From Candidatus Micrarchaeia archaeon (GTDB taxonomy: Archaea; Micrarchaeota; Micrarchaeia; CAILAH01), in contig JAVZCB010000004.1 in NCBI GenBank assembly GCA_038874595.1, forward strand, positions 65,061-129,060: DNA of 64,000 nt. The letters are read 5' to 3'. The notes below the pieces were generated by a model. The model did not search any database. It was not told where the DNA came from and saw only the letters and a list, made by a program, of their open reading frames with translations. Numbering within the stretch: position 1 is the stretch's first letter; every line of letters begins with the position of its first letter. Made by a program: the position numbers and the translations under genes. Of this stretch, positions 1 to 9,822 are shown one piece after another.

Positions 1-2
1 AG

Positions 3-200
3 GCATACCACTACGCACAAACAGCATACCATACTAACCCAGTTGTACAAAAGACTGTTGAATCTGCAAGTAGCATTACAAAGGACGCTATAAACAAGAT
101 TGAAAAGAAAATCCGAGACACACAGAAACTCGGGAACAAAGCAAAAAAGAAGGCCAAAAATGTTAGGGATTATATACGTGATAAACTGCACCTGAAATAA
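3..200 (+). CDS. 3' end of a hypothetical protein (truncated by window edge)
   Basis: Frame 3 is open from the window start to TAA at 198-200 (AYHYAQ...KKAKNVRDYIRDKLHLK*); not in the ORF track. Confidence 0.55.
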   Translation, partial: AYHYAQTAYHTNPVVQKTVESASSITKDAINKIEKKIRDTQKLGNKAKKKAKNVRDYIRDKLHLK

Positions 201-241
201 AACACAGGATATACAACCACAAATACTAGAGTGATAAAACG

Positions 242-1183
242 TTATGTATAACTTACAGATGCAGTGCGGCTTGGGGCTAGCAGCGTGTTAAAATTGATAT
301 TTATCTGCAACGGCCACGCTATCTCTTCTATAAAAGACCTAAGTATGCCGCGCTGTGGTGATATCTCGCACCTATCATACTCTTTTATGCCTGCAAGCTC
401 TGCCGCTTTATTAAACGCGCGTGTCTCATTGCCAAGCTCATCGACCAGCCCTATACCATACGCCTGCCTGCCTGATAAAATCCTGCCATCAAGCACCTGC
501 TCAAACTTCTCATCGCTAAATCGTGGCCGGCCGTGCCTGTTCTCATACACTGCATTGCGGAACTCATCGAATATTTCATCAATGATTGACTGCAGCACTG
601 CACGCTCTCTTTCAGTCAGGTTATGGCCCACATCACCTATCCCCTTAAGTTCTCCTGAAGTGATATCTGTATAATTTATGCCAACCTTACTGAACAGCCC
701 TGCGAGAGATATGGTTGTTGTCCGGACCCCTATGCTGCCAGTTATTGCTTCTGGCTCTGACACTATATAATCAGAGCCGGCAGCTGCATAATAACCACCA
801 GAAGCAGCCATACTCCTGAAATATGCAACAACCGGCTTTCTCGAATGCTTAACACGCTCATATATTTCCCTGCTTGGGATTACCTCACCACCTGGTGAAT
901 CGATATAAAGGACAATTGCCTTAACATCTTCACGGGATTCGGCAGAATCAATCATCTTAATGATATCTCTCGCGCTTGGTGGCGGCTCTGGTGAAAACAC
1001 ACTAGAAGGCCCTGAGTAATCAGATATCTCGGACTCTATCTTAACTTCAGCTATACACGGCTTTGAAAGAAAGACAATCCCAAGCACCTGTCCTATAGCT
1101 GCAAGCAGGACTGCACCTACAGCAAAGATGATCATTAAAAGCGCAATCATACCTAATATTGATATACCCTGCGGCCTTTTCAT
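242..1183 (-). CDS. sppA: Signal peptide peptidase SppA (peptidase S49)
   Basis: N-terminal TM; IDSPGG, AASGGYY, GSIGV and GLVDELG motifs. Confidence 0.93.
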   Translation of the reverse strand: MKRPQGISILGMIALLMIIFAVGAVLLAAIGQVLGIVFLSKPCIAEVKIESEISDYSGPSSVFSPEPPPSARDIIKMIDSAESREDVKAIVLYIDSPGGEVIPSREIYERVKHSRKPVVAYFRSMAASGGYYAAAGSDYIVSEPEAITGSIGVRTTTISLAGLFSKVGINYTDITSGELKGIGDVGHNLTERERAVLQSIIDEIFDEFRNAVYENRHGRPRFSDEKFEQVLDGRILSGRQAYGIGLVDELGNETRAFNKAAELAGIKEYDRCEISPQRGILRSFIEEIAWPLQININFNTLLAPSRTASVSYT

Positions 1184-1240
1184 AATGAAAGTTCGGGCCT
1201 ATAATTATTATAAGCTTCATCTTTTAGAAAAAGCGATATT

Positions 1241-1753
1241 ATGAGCTTGGACCTTGCTGCCATAATCCTATTCATCTTTCCGCCCTATGTTGCAAACGCA
1301 CTGCCAGTAGTATTTGGGGGAAAGCTTCCGATAGATATGGGCATTGTTGCATGGGACGGCAGAAGGCTTCTTGGTGATGGTAAGACGTGGAAGGGGCTCT
1401 TTGTTGGTGTTGTGGGTGGCGTGCTTGTAGGGTATGCTGAGGCGTTTGCCACTGGCAACTCAGCATTTGCATTCCTTGCACTGCTGTCAAGCACTGGTGC
1501 AATGCTTGGGGATATACTTGGAAGTTTTATCAAAAGGCGTATGAATTATGAGAGGGGCAGGCCATCTTTGTTTATGGACCAGCTCCTATTCATCATCATT
1601 GCATTTCTCTTGTCCTACCCGGTATTGGTGCAACTGCTGCCGGCGGTCCTGCTGCCTGAGAGCATAGCATTAATCCTGCTTACCACATATGTAATGCACA
1701 GGGTAATGAATATAATTGCAAACAAGCTCGGGCTGAAAAAGGTGCCATGGTAG
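1241..1753 (+). CDS. carS: CDP-archaeol synthase
   Basis: PPYVANALPV, DGRRLLGDGKTWKG, GDILGSFIKRR, DQL and C-terminal GLKKVPW. Confidence 0.93.
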   Translation: MSLDLAAIILFIFPPYVANALPVVFGGKLPIDMGIVAWDGRRLLGDGKTWKGLFVGVVGGVLVGYAEAFATGNSAFAFLALLSSTGAMLGDILGSFIKRRMNYERGRPSLFMDQLLFIIIAFLLSYPVLVQLLPAVLLPESIALILLTTYVMHRVMNIIANKLGLKKVPW

Positions 1754-1766
1754 TTGGGGGGATTTT

Positions 1767-2342
1767 ATGGTAAAGGTAATATGTGTCACTGGAATGCGTG
1801 GAGGGGGTAAAACTGTATTCGGAGGAATTGCACGATCAATGGGGCTACCTATATACGAGATGCGCACAATAGTTGTTGAGATGATGGAAAAGGAGAGCAT
1901 TGAGATAAGCAACAGGAATATCCGCGAATATGCAAAAAGCATACGTGAGCAGTTCGGAAAGGATGTGGTTGCGAAAAAGATGGTAGAACGGATCGGCAAT
2001 ACCCATACCAAAGATGATGTTATAGTTATTGTTGGGATACGTGGGATGTATGAGACAAGGACATTCAGGGAAGCTTTCGGGGAAAAAAATGTTATCTTAC
2101 TTGCCATATACGCACCCCCAAAATTGCGGTATGAACGCCTTGTTAAAAAGGAAGCTGGGATAAAAGAGAATAACAGCTATGAGGAGTTTCTTTGGAGTGA
2201 TGAGATGGAATTGGGGTTTGGAGTCGCAAAGGCGATTGCGCTTGCAGATGTTATGATTGTTAATGACGGCACGATTGAGGAATACACTGAAAATTGCAGA
2301 AAGATTATCAGGAAAATAATCGATGGGGAGGTGAAAGTATGA
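1767..2342 (+). CDS. P-loop nucleotide kinase, dephospho-CoA kinase-like (UPF0200-like)
   Basis: N-terminal GMRGGGKT Walker A; GIRG; AD-x-x-I-x-NDGT. Confidence 0.75.
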   Translation: MVKVICVTGMRGGGKTVFGGIARSMGLPIYEMRTIVVEMMEKESIEISNRNIREYAKSIREQFGKDVVAKKMVERIGNTHTKDDVIVIVGIRGMYETRTFREAFGEKNVILLAIYAPPKLRYERLVKKEAGIKENNSYEEFLWSDEMELGFGVAKAIALADVMIVNDGTIEEYTENCRKIIRKIIDGEVKV

Positions 2343-3052
2343 TGAAATTGAATTTTGACTATGGAAAGGAGGGGTTTTATTATGAGAGTGCAAGCCTTGA
2401 GGACGGGCTTGTAGATGCATATAATGCTATAGGGGATATCCCATATTCGCTGCTTGGGATAAGTGCAGAAAAAATCCGCCTGGAAATATCAAAAATCCAG
2501 GCAGCAGATTTTGAAAGCGTGCTTTCGCAGGTAAGAATGGCTGAGATCATAAAAGGCGCCGGCGGTGCAGAATTTGCACACCTGTGCGAGTCGGTGGTTT
2601 TTGACGAGCTTGTCAGAAAATATGTTGGTGAAGTTATACCTGTGCGCAAAGTTGGTCTAAAATCCCCACAATTCAAGGGAAAGATGGTATTCATGAATGA
2701 CACAAAGGACTGGATAATAGTAAAAAAAGCCACTGTATCCAAGGATACCACGCCGCGCGAGGCCGCTGCATTCCTGTTTGGGGTAAAAGCGGCCATATTA
2801 TCAAAATACTTATCACTCAAATATCCTGAGAGGGGTGCTCAAGCAGCTACAATGGCAAAGGCGCTTAAGGGAAAGCGAAAAAGCCTGGGTGCCCTGAAAG
2901 ATGTATATAATGCCAGCGGAAAAAACGTATGTGCATTTATGGAAGGTGCAGCACTGCTTGGGTATACGCTTACGCCGACCCAGGATGCGATTAAAGAGGC
3001 ATTCCCTGAGCTGAAGCTTCCTGGGATAAGAGGGCGAAAACCAAAGGGGTAA
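2339..3052 (+). CDS. Conserved archaeal hypothetical protein (DUF2666-like C-terminal half)
   Basis: ATGA overlap with the upstream stop; basic C-terminus FPELKLPGIRGRKPK; family recalled from memory, not searched. Confidence 0.5.
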   Translation: MMKLNFDYGKEGFYYESASLEDGLVDAYNAIGDIPYSLLGISAEKIRLEISKIQAADFESVLSQVRMAEIIKGAGGAEFAHLCESVVFDELVRKYVGEVIPVRKVGLKSPQFKGKMVFMNDTKDWIIVKKATVSKDTTPREAAAFLFGVKAAILSKYLSLKYPERGAQAATMAKALKGKRKSLGALKDVYNASGKNVCAFMEGAALLGYTLTPTQDAIKEAFPELKLPGIRGRKPKG

Positions 3053-3132
3053 ACACATAGGTTATTGGCGAGGGATGGCAATTCAATGGAGATGATAAAG
3101 TATATATAATAAAATGTACCTAATTTTATTGG

Positions 3133-6100
3133 ATGTTTATGCAAAGGCCGCAGTTATCGGTAGCATTGTTTATGCTATTAATCTTAACTGTTGCACCGGT
3201 ATCTGCAAAGCTGGTTAGCACGGCTGGAAGCAAGAACATCACAACAGCTGAAATACATATTGAAATGCTCCCTGAGCATAAGTATAATGTCACAGTTATA
3301 GTGTATGAATTAACACAATATATGGCAAGCAAGGAAGAAATAGAAACTGCTGCGGCAAGTGGTGGCTTTGTAGGTTCTGGGGCAGTGATGATGCCGTTGG
3401 CGTATGCACCTGTAAAACTTCTTGTAGGAAATAATATTTATGCTGTTGGTACAACCGCGGCAGATGGGAAAGCTAATTTTATTGTTGATACGGACCCCAA
3501 CAAAATGACATTTGATTCGCGCGGCTGCACCGAGGTTTATGCGCTGTATAGCGGTGACCAGAAGCACCTTCCATCCCAAAGCAAAAGTGAGATTATATGC
3601 AAGGATTCATCAGCGATTATAACACCTGCACTTATAGAGATAACCGGTATCATAAAGGAAAGAGAAAGGCTTCAAAATGCATGTATGCTTTTCTTTGTTC
3701 TGATAGGTTTTCTTGTTGCCGGCCTTTATGCCTCTGGGAAAGACCCATTGAGGCTCCTTGATATCACGACACCCCGGCTACCCGGGGCACGTAGGAAACC
3801 TGAAATAAAGGTAAGCTTTAACGAAGATAAGTTCAAAACACTCCGCGCAACACAGCTTAAGATGGTGGAAGAGTTTGATAACCAGATTAAGACAACTGCA
3901 AAAACAATTGCACGGAATGCATCAAGTGTAAGAAATGCCAACGGTATTGCAAGAAAACGTGAAGAGCAGAGAATATACGACAAGATAATTGATGAGATAA
4001 GTGGCATAAGAGATGCCTACAAAAAGAGATTGAAAGAGCAGACCGGCGGGTTACCTGTTAAGTCTGCCATTATGGTTGATAAGAAGTTGTTTGAGGGGAT
4101 GTATAAGGATATTGCAAATGCTCTAGTAAAAAATGCTTATGAGCATATCAAAGAGCCAGAAAACAAGGTACGCAAGCAGATTAACACGGAGTGGGGCGAG
4201 AATGGGCGACAGCAGAATACAATTAAAAAGATTGCTGAGGCCAGGCACGCTGCAGACTTAATTTCACTTACCCAAAGAGGGCCTACCTCTCCTGTTATGA
4301 AAGGGTTGGGGTACACCGGGACAATAAGCGATATAAGAAGAAAAGCCGAGGCAACCACTGGGATAGGATATGCTGTTAGGGTGGTTGACAACGTGCGTGG
4401 TTATGTTAATATGGCCGTCCAGTACGGGAAGTACTCATCAAAGTATGCCTCCACGGCCGTTGGGTATAAATTGGCAAAAAATGCGGAAGAGAAGGCGAGG
4501 AAAGAACTAAGGTCATTGCAGGAAAGTTATGACAGGGAAAGCGAAGCATTTGCGCGCAAGTATCGTGGGCTGAAACCGCTTGCTCAGTATTCTGATTTTG
4601 AGGATATTCAAAAGGATGCTGCAGGGCTCAATATAACAGTCCCAATTAAAGATTATCATGAAAGGCAGCTAAAGCTTGAGCAGATCAAACAAAAGATAGA
4701 CCAGCAGAAGGAGGAGGTTGAAAAGCTTAGCAAGAAAACCGCAGAGCAATGGGAAAAATTCGAGCCTGTTTATTACACTGGTGCACAGATACCTGATATA
4801 ATCAAGACAGACAAGGTTGCAACGATGCGTGTGAGTGCGCTTGCAAAGGAAGTGCTCAATGACATAAACCATCGCCTGTTTTATGAGCTGAGGCAAAGGG
4901 GGCTTATGACCGAAGATGAGATTGATAGGTTTAATGGTAAGTTGCAGGGGATCCCTGATATTGCAAAAAGGCGTGAGGCCATATTTGACAAGTTCAGGGA
5001 GCTTGGAAAAGAGGATCTATACAACGCGGTTATGAGCGAGAAACTTTACGTGGAAGTGATAAATTACGATGATAAAGAGAGGGGTTTCTATAAAAATGAT
5101 GATAACTCCGGGTACTACACACTGCAACAAATCGCGGAGATTGCTGAGAAAAACATTAATTCAACCAGCTATGAGTCATCTGCCCTTGTGATTGGCGCTG
5201 CAAGGGCGATTGCTGCAAACCCCATCAAGTTTGAGGCGCTTGTTGAGACACAGGAGCAGCAGCTCAGGAGATATATTGAGCTTGATGAGTTCGTTAAAAG
5301 TGATGTGATACAGGTATGTGTAAGAAGCGGTATGAAGAAAGGTATAGAGTACCTTATGAAGACTGAAAAAATAGAACCAGCCGCAAGAATAAGGGAAACA
5401 CACGCACAATACATAGGAGATGAAGTCCTTATTGAGTTGTGGGGCAAGAGATTAAGCAAAAAACATGAGCGTTTTAGGGGCAGATTAAAAAACATAAGTG
5501 AAGAGGAAACTGCATTCCTTATATACAGCGAGGCGTTCAAGCGTGTTTTATCATACGTGAATAAAAAATATGCCGGCGGGAAGATTAGCTATTCAGACCG
5601 GGATATCAACCTTGTGCGGCTACGTTATGCGAGAGAGATGGCCGAGCTTGAAAAAAGAGGAATAAGAGACCAAGAGGAGCGGCAGCGCAGGGAAGATAAA
5701 ATAAGAAATGCAGCCATTAATGGCATAATTGATGCAAGCAAAATTTTAGTTGACCAGAGCGATAGGGATGATATCTATAATGCGTTCACCACGAGCGAGC
5801 AAATAGTTGCCGACCCGCAAAACGTAAAGAAAATGCTAAAGGATGAGGCACTTTTGGAAGCTGCAGTTATTGAATGGTCGGCACTAATGGCACTTTACAG
5901 GGCTACTGGTATTACCGGGCTTACCGGCCTTAAGCAGAACATTGGGGATTTGGCAAACAGTGCGGAGTGGGAGCAAACGTGCAGGAAGGTGCTCTTTGAA
6001 AGGGCGCGAGAATTCAATGCGAATAAGAAACATCTTCTGTTAAGATTGAATAATGAGCTTGGAAACATTGTTAACTCTGAGAGAGCAAAAACAATGGATG

Positions 6101-9100
6101 CGGAGGACCTGCTCCTTGCAATAGATAAGGTTGCAAATGAGGTCGTTTATGATTCGCTGATGGAGTTGTTTAGAGAGGTTAGCCGTGAGAAGGGTTACGA
6201 GAATTTCTACAGAACAGAAATGATAAGGGGTAAGGAGCACATATTTGTCAAAGGGTTTGTGGACCCAACAATTGAGGAAACGCCAAGCCTTGTTACACTT
6301 TACAAGAAAGAGCTGCCAAATATGTCAGAGCGCTTAATGGCTATTATTAAAGACGAGCTTGCGAAAAGAGGTATCCAGGATCCGGAGAAATATGCACAAA
6401 ATTATGCAAACTATCACGATACTATTTCCTACAAATATCCTATGCTGCATCCTGGTGCGTACCCTCTTAAGGATGCGTTGCATAAGTACGCTTGGATACA
6501 AGAGATTGGAAACAACTATCTTGCGTGCCCCAAATTTGCACCTGATTATGAAACGATGGGTGCTCCGGATAAGATGGTTAATGCTGGTGTTGCGGAGATA
6601 GAAACTGAGATTGTAGAAGATAACCGTAAAGTTAAGGTAAAACGGAAAGTTGTGCTCCCAGTTCAGGATACATTTGCGAGGAAAGCGGCCGCGTTCCTTT
6701 CTACCCAGGCAAACCAGTTCCTGACCGGCGGGTATATTGGGACGATGGCAGAGGCCGCTGCGACAACAGTTACGTATACACGGCACGGTGCATTCCTTAA
6801 GAAGCTTGTCCAGCCGTATCAGGGGAAGGAGGGGTTTGTAAAGGATGTCACAAGGAATGAAGCGCTTGCTGAGAAGCTGTTGGAAGCATACAAGCTAAGG
6901 TACCTGCTTGAGAAAAGGAAGAGCTTAAAAGACACTGAGCTTGAGATGGTATTAAAAGAGCTAAGCCCAGATAAAATAAAAGATTCGATATTGGCCGAGC
7001 TTGAAAGCATCAGAGCTAAAAAGGAGCGTGAGAAAGTCCCGGAAGCTGCCAATATGGATATATCGCAAGTTGATAATCTTATAAATGAACGCGTTGCCGC
7101 GATGCAAAATGAGACAGACCTAAGGAAATTTGATGAGATGGACACATATATAAACGAGCTGCGGGAGTACAGGGATATTCTAAAGTGCATAGACACAATA
7201 AAGGGGATTTCATTTGTAGTTACTGGTGCTGATTTTGGGAAAGACCCAAAAAAAGCTCTACAAGACCTTAATCTCAACATAGAGGTTGAAAAAGAAAAAC
7301 TCGATAAAATGATTGCACAAGTTAAGCCCTACGTTGGAGAGTATGTAATGCAGGAATTGCTCAATGACCTGCTTGTTAAGAGCGGGAGCTATGCCAAAGA
7401 AAAGGGGGAAGAGCTTGTATATGTTACGCAGGAGATTGAGTTTGTTGACAGGGTGGCGGTGGATTCTCTATATACTTCAATTACTAATGAGGTGTCAAAG
7501 GCAGGCCTTGATAAAAACGAGTATGCTATGCTCCAGCCATACCTAGCGCCACCTAAGACTGCTGAGGAGCTTGAGAGGAACTATGAAGAGATAATGAAAC
7601 TCCTTAAGAAAATAAGAGAGGACCGGCTAAACGCAGTAAAAGATGACGTTGACGCACTTGATATGGCTGGCAGAACGGAAGCTGCCGTGAAAAAGAAGTA
7701 TTCCAGGAATATAGATAAGCTTATTGCTGATACTGACTCCTGGAAAGAAGGTTTAAGGTCTTTAAGAAGTGAGCTTATAGGATTGGCTTCAACTGTGCCA
7801 GAAGGTAAGAGAGCGATTGGGATCATTGATACAACAATCGCTTCCGGTAACGCTGAGGGCGCGTGCAATGAATTGATAAAAACGCTTGAAGAAGCCAAAA
7901 ACAAAAGTGGAGTGAGTGATTCTAATGCCCAAAAGCTGGATAGACTGCTTGGCTCGGTGAAAAATTTGGTCACAAAGGCGCAGGCACTTGACAATAGTGC
8001 GGCTGAGCTCGATAAGAGTGCAAAAGAGATTGCCGCACGGATAGCTGCTGACCCAGAATTTGCTAGAGCGCTTGAAATCATTTCAAGGTCTCCAGAGGCC
8101 GCAATTAGTGATATGGCTACTGGAATAAGAACTGTGAAGGATGGGCGTGAACTATCTACTGCTATTGATAACATCTTTGCAGCAATAAAAAACGAAAGAA
8201 GCAGGCTATTGCAGGGGGTATCTCTTATTGAGCAACAGGAGGAAGAGCTCATAATCACAACAGAAGATAAGATAAGAGCGCTTGCAGAACGGAGGAGAGC
8301 GATGCAAAAACGCAAAGAGAGCATAGAAGCGAACATCCACATTTACTCTGCAATAACGCCGTGGTATTTCTGGAAAGCTACTACAATTAGATACTCGAGT
8401 GCGTTGCTCGTAAGGGTATGGAGATACCTGAAGGAGAAATTCACTCGGCAAGAGATTGATAGGGAAACGCGGCGCAGGTCATATTTCTCAAACGGTAGCC
8501 TTGTCCAAGAGGTGTTTGAGTATTCACGGCTTGTTAAAGACAGAAAAGGGGAAATGACTGAGTTTGAAAACTTAATGGCACAGCACGCGCGCAACCTTGC
8601 ATACCTCACTGAAAAATTCCTTGTGCGCGCTTTTGGCATGTATGCATCATTTGAGGCCGGGATGCATACAAGAAAGAAAGCGTATGGATTAAACTTTTCT
8701 GGTGAGGCGGGTTACCAATTCGCCGGCCCACTGCCATCAACATTAATGCAGCAAATAACCACTTATGGAAGATTTGGGAATGCTGGCTGGTTTACATCAA
8801 TGCTGCTTGCATACCCGATACGTAAAGCACAGCAGACATATGCACGCAGGTATCCGTTGCTCAAACTTATATCTGGCATTCCTGCTGTATATGAGCCAAT
8901 GAAGAGCAGTACAAGCACATTCAAGGGCACTGTTAAAGGAATGATGACTGCAATGCTCTATATGAGATACAAGGACAAGTATGCACGTATGGGAGAGATG
9001 ATAAGGTCCACTGCCAAGGATACGGCACCGAGGGCATTCTTCCCATATCTTTTAACATCAAACCCGTATGGTGAAATGAGAATCAGTGAATTGCTGGAGC

Positions 9101-9822
9101 TTGCAGGGGACGGGTTCAGGACATCGCCACGCGGGCCGAGGGATATGTTGAACTACCTGCTTTACAAGCCGAATGATATAGTTGTGGACTTCCAGGACAT
9201 AATATACTCAATGAAAGACGGCAGGTCAATGAAGAAGACGCCTGAGCACCTGATGGATGTAGGCATTTATGGTGTTGTAGGAAATTCAGGGTTCATTGCA
9301 GGCAGGGAGATAAACTTCATTAATACTGCGCTTGGCGGGCCTGAATCAATGTATCAAAACCGGGCATTCAACATGTTCAACTATAACCCACAGCTTAGCA
9401 TACCACAGATGAGGTATTCTGCATATGGTGATATGTACAAGAGGATGTCAAAACCGATAGATATTGCAGAAGAGATGATACACCTAACACAAGCATCGCA
9501 GAGAATAGCTGTTGAGGCTCTCATCGTGCCTCCGCTAATACTTGCAACTACCTATTTTGGAGGATATATGGCAAACCTGATGTGGAATAGCCATACAATG
9601 CGTGCAATATCAAATGCAAGCGGTAGTGGGATGGCACTGTTCTTTGCTGGGAGCATAGGTGCCATAGGTATGATTTATAGGTATGAGAAGCTAAACTCAC
9701 TTAAAAGGATTGCACGCATACCTTATATGAGCGATGAATGGAAGACATATATAAAATTCAGTGAACGTATGAGAAATATGCATATGGGAACTTACAAATC
9801 AGAGGTATTTTACCATGAATAG
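3133..9822 (+). CDS. Giant (2229 aa) membrane protein of unknown function
   Basis: Signal peptide, beta-rich Ig-like region, TM at about aa 184-200, long charged helical/coiled-coil region, two hydrophobic segments near the C-terminus. Confidence 0.85.
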   Translation: MFMQRPQLSVALFMLLILTVAPVSAKLVSTAGSKNITTAEIHIEMLPEHKYNVTVIVYELTQYMASKEEIETAAASGGFVGSGAVMMPLAYAPVKLLVGNNIYAVGTTAADGKANFIVDTDPNKMTFDSRGCTEVYALYSGDQKHLPSQSKSEIICKDSSAIITPALIEITGIIKERERLQNACMLFFVLIGFLVAGLYASGKDPLRLLDITTPRLPGARRKPEIKVSFNEDKFKTLRATQLKMVEEFDNQIKTTAKTIARNASSVRNANGIARKREEQRIYDKIIDEISGIRDAYKKRLKEQTGGLPVKSAIMVDKKLFEGMYKDIANALVKNAYEHIKEPENKVRKQINTEWGENGRQQNTIKKIAEARHAADLISLTQRGPTSPVMKGLGYTGTISDIRRKAEATTGIGYAVRVVDNVRGYVNMAVQYGKYSSKYASTAVGYKLAKNAEEKARKELRSLQESYDRESEAFARKYRGLKPLAQYSDFEDIQKDAAGLNITVPIKDYHERQLKLEQIKQKIDQQKEEVEKLSKKTAEQWEKFEPVYYTGAQIPDIIKTDKVATMRVSALAKEVLNDINHRLFYELRQRGLMTEDEIDRFNGKLQGIPDIAKRREAIFDKFRELGKEDLYNAVMSEKLYVEVINYDDKERGFYKNDDNSGYYTLQQIAEIAEKNINSTSYESSALVIGAARAIAANPIKFEALVETQEQQLRRYIELDEFVKSDVIQVCVRSGMKKGIEYLMKTEKIEPAARIRETHAQYIGDEVLIELWGKRLSKKHERFRGRLKNISEEETAFLIYSEAFKRVLSYVNKKYAGGKISYSDRDINLVRLRYAREMAELEKRGIRDQEERQRREDKIRNAAINGIIDASKILVDQSDRDDIYNAFTTSEQIVADPQNVKKMLKDEALLEAAVIEWSALMALYRATGITGLTGLKQNIGDLANSAEWEQTCRKVLFERAREFNANKKHLLLRLNNELGNIVNSERAKTMDAEDLLLAIDKVANEVVYDSLMELFREVSREKGYENFYRTEMIRGKEHIFVKGFVDPTIEETPSLVTLYKKELPNMSERLMAIIKDELAKRGIQDPEKYAQNYANYHDTISYKYPMLHPGAYPLKDALHKYAWIQEIGNNYLACPKFAPDYETMGAPDKMVNAGVAEIETEIVEDNRKVKVKRKVVLPVQDTFARKAAAFLSTQANQFLTGGYIGTMAEAAATTVTYTRHGAFLKKLVQPYQGKEGFVKDVTRNEALAEKLLEAYKLRYLLEKRKSLKDTELEMVLKELSPDKIKDSILAELESIRAKKEREKVPEAANMDISQVDNLINERVAAMQNETDLRKFDEMDTYINELREYRDILKCIDTIKGISFVVTGADFGKDPKKALQDLNLNIEVEKEKLDKMIAQVKPYVGEYVMQELLNDLLVKSGSYAKEKGEELVYVTQEIEFVDRVAVDSLYTSITNEVSKAGLDKNEYAMLQPYLAPPKTAEELERNYEEIMKLLKKIREDRLNAVKDDVDALDMAGRTEAAVKKKYSRNIDKLIADTDSWKEGLRSLRSELIGLASTVPEGKRAIGIIDTTIASGNAEGACNELIKTLEEAKNKSGVSDSNAQKLDRLLGSVKNLVTKAQALDNSAAELDKSAKEIAARIAADPEFARALEIISRSPEAAISDMATGIRTVKDGRELSTAIDNIFAAIKNERSRLLQGVSLIEQQEEELIITTEDKIRALAERRRAMQKRKESIEANIHIYSAITPWYFWKATTIRYSSALLVRVWRYLKEKFTRQEIDRETRRRSYFSNGSLVQEVFEYSRLVKDRKGEMTEFENLMAQHARNLAYLTEKFLVRAFGMYASFEAGMHTRKKAYGLNFSGEAGYQFAGPLPSTLMQQITTYGRFGNAGWFTSMLLAYPIRKAQQTYARRYPLLKLISGIPAVYEPMKSSTSTFKGTVKGMMTAMLYMRYKDKYARMGEMIRSTAKDTAPRAFFPYLLTSNPYGEMRISELLELAGDGFRTSPRGPRDMLNYLLYKPNDIVVDFQDIIYSMKDGRSMKKTPEHLMDVGIYGVVGNSGFIAGREINFINTALGGPESMYQNRAFNMFNYNPQLSIPQMRYSAYGDMYKRMSKPIDIAEEMIHLTQASQRIAVEALIVPPLILATTYFGGYMANLMWNSHTMRAISNASGSGMALFFAGSIGAIGMIYRYEKLNSLKRIARIPYMSDEWKTYIKFSERMRNMHMGTYKSEVFYHE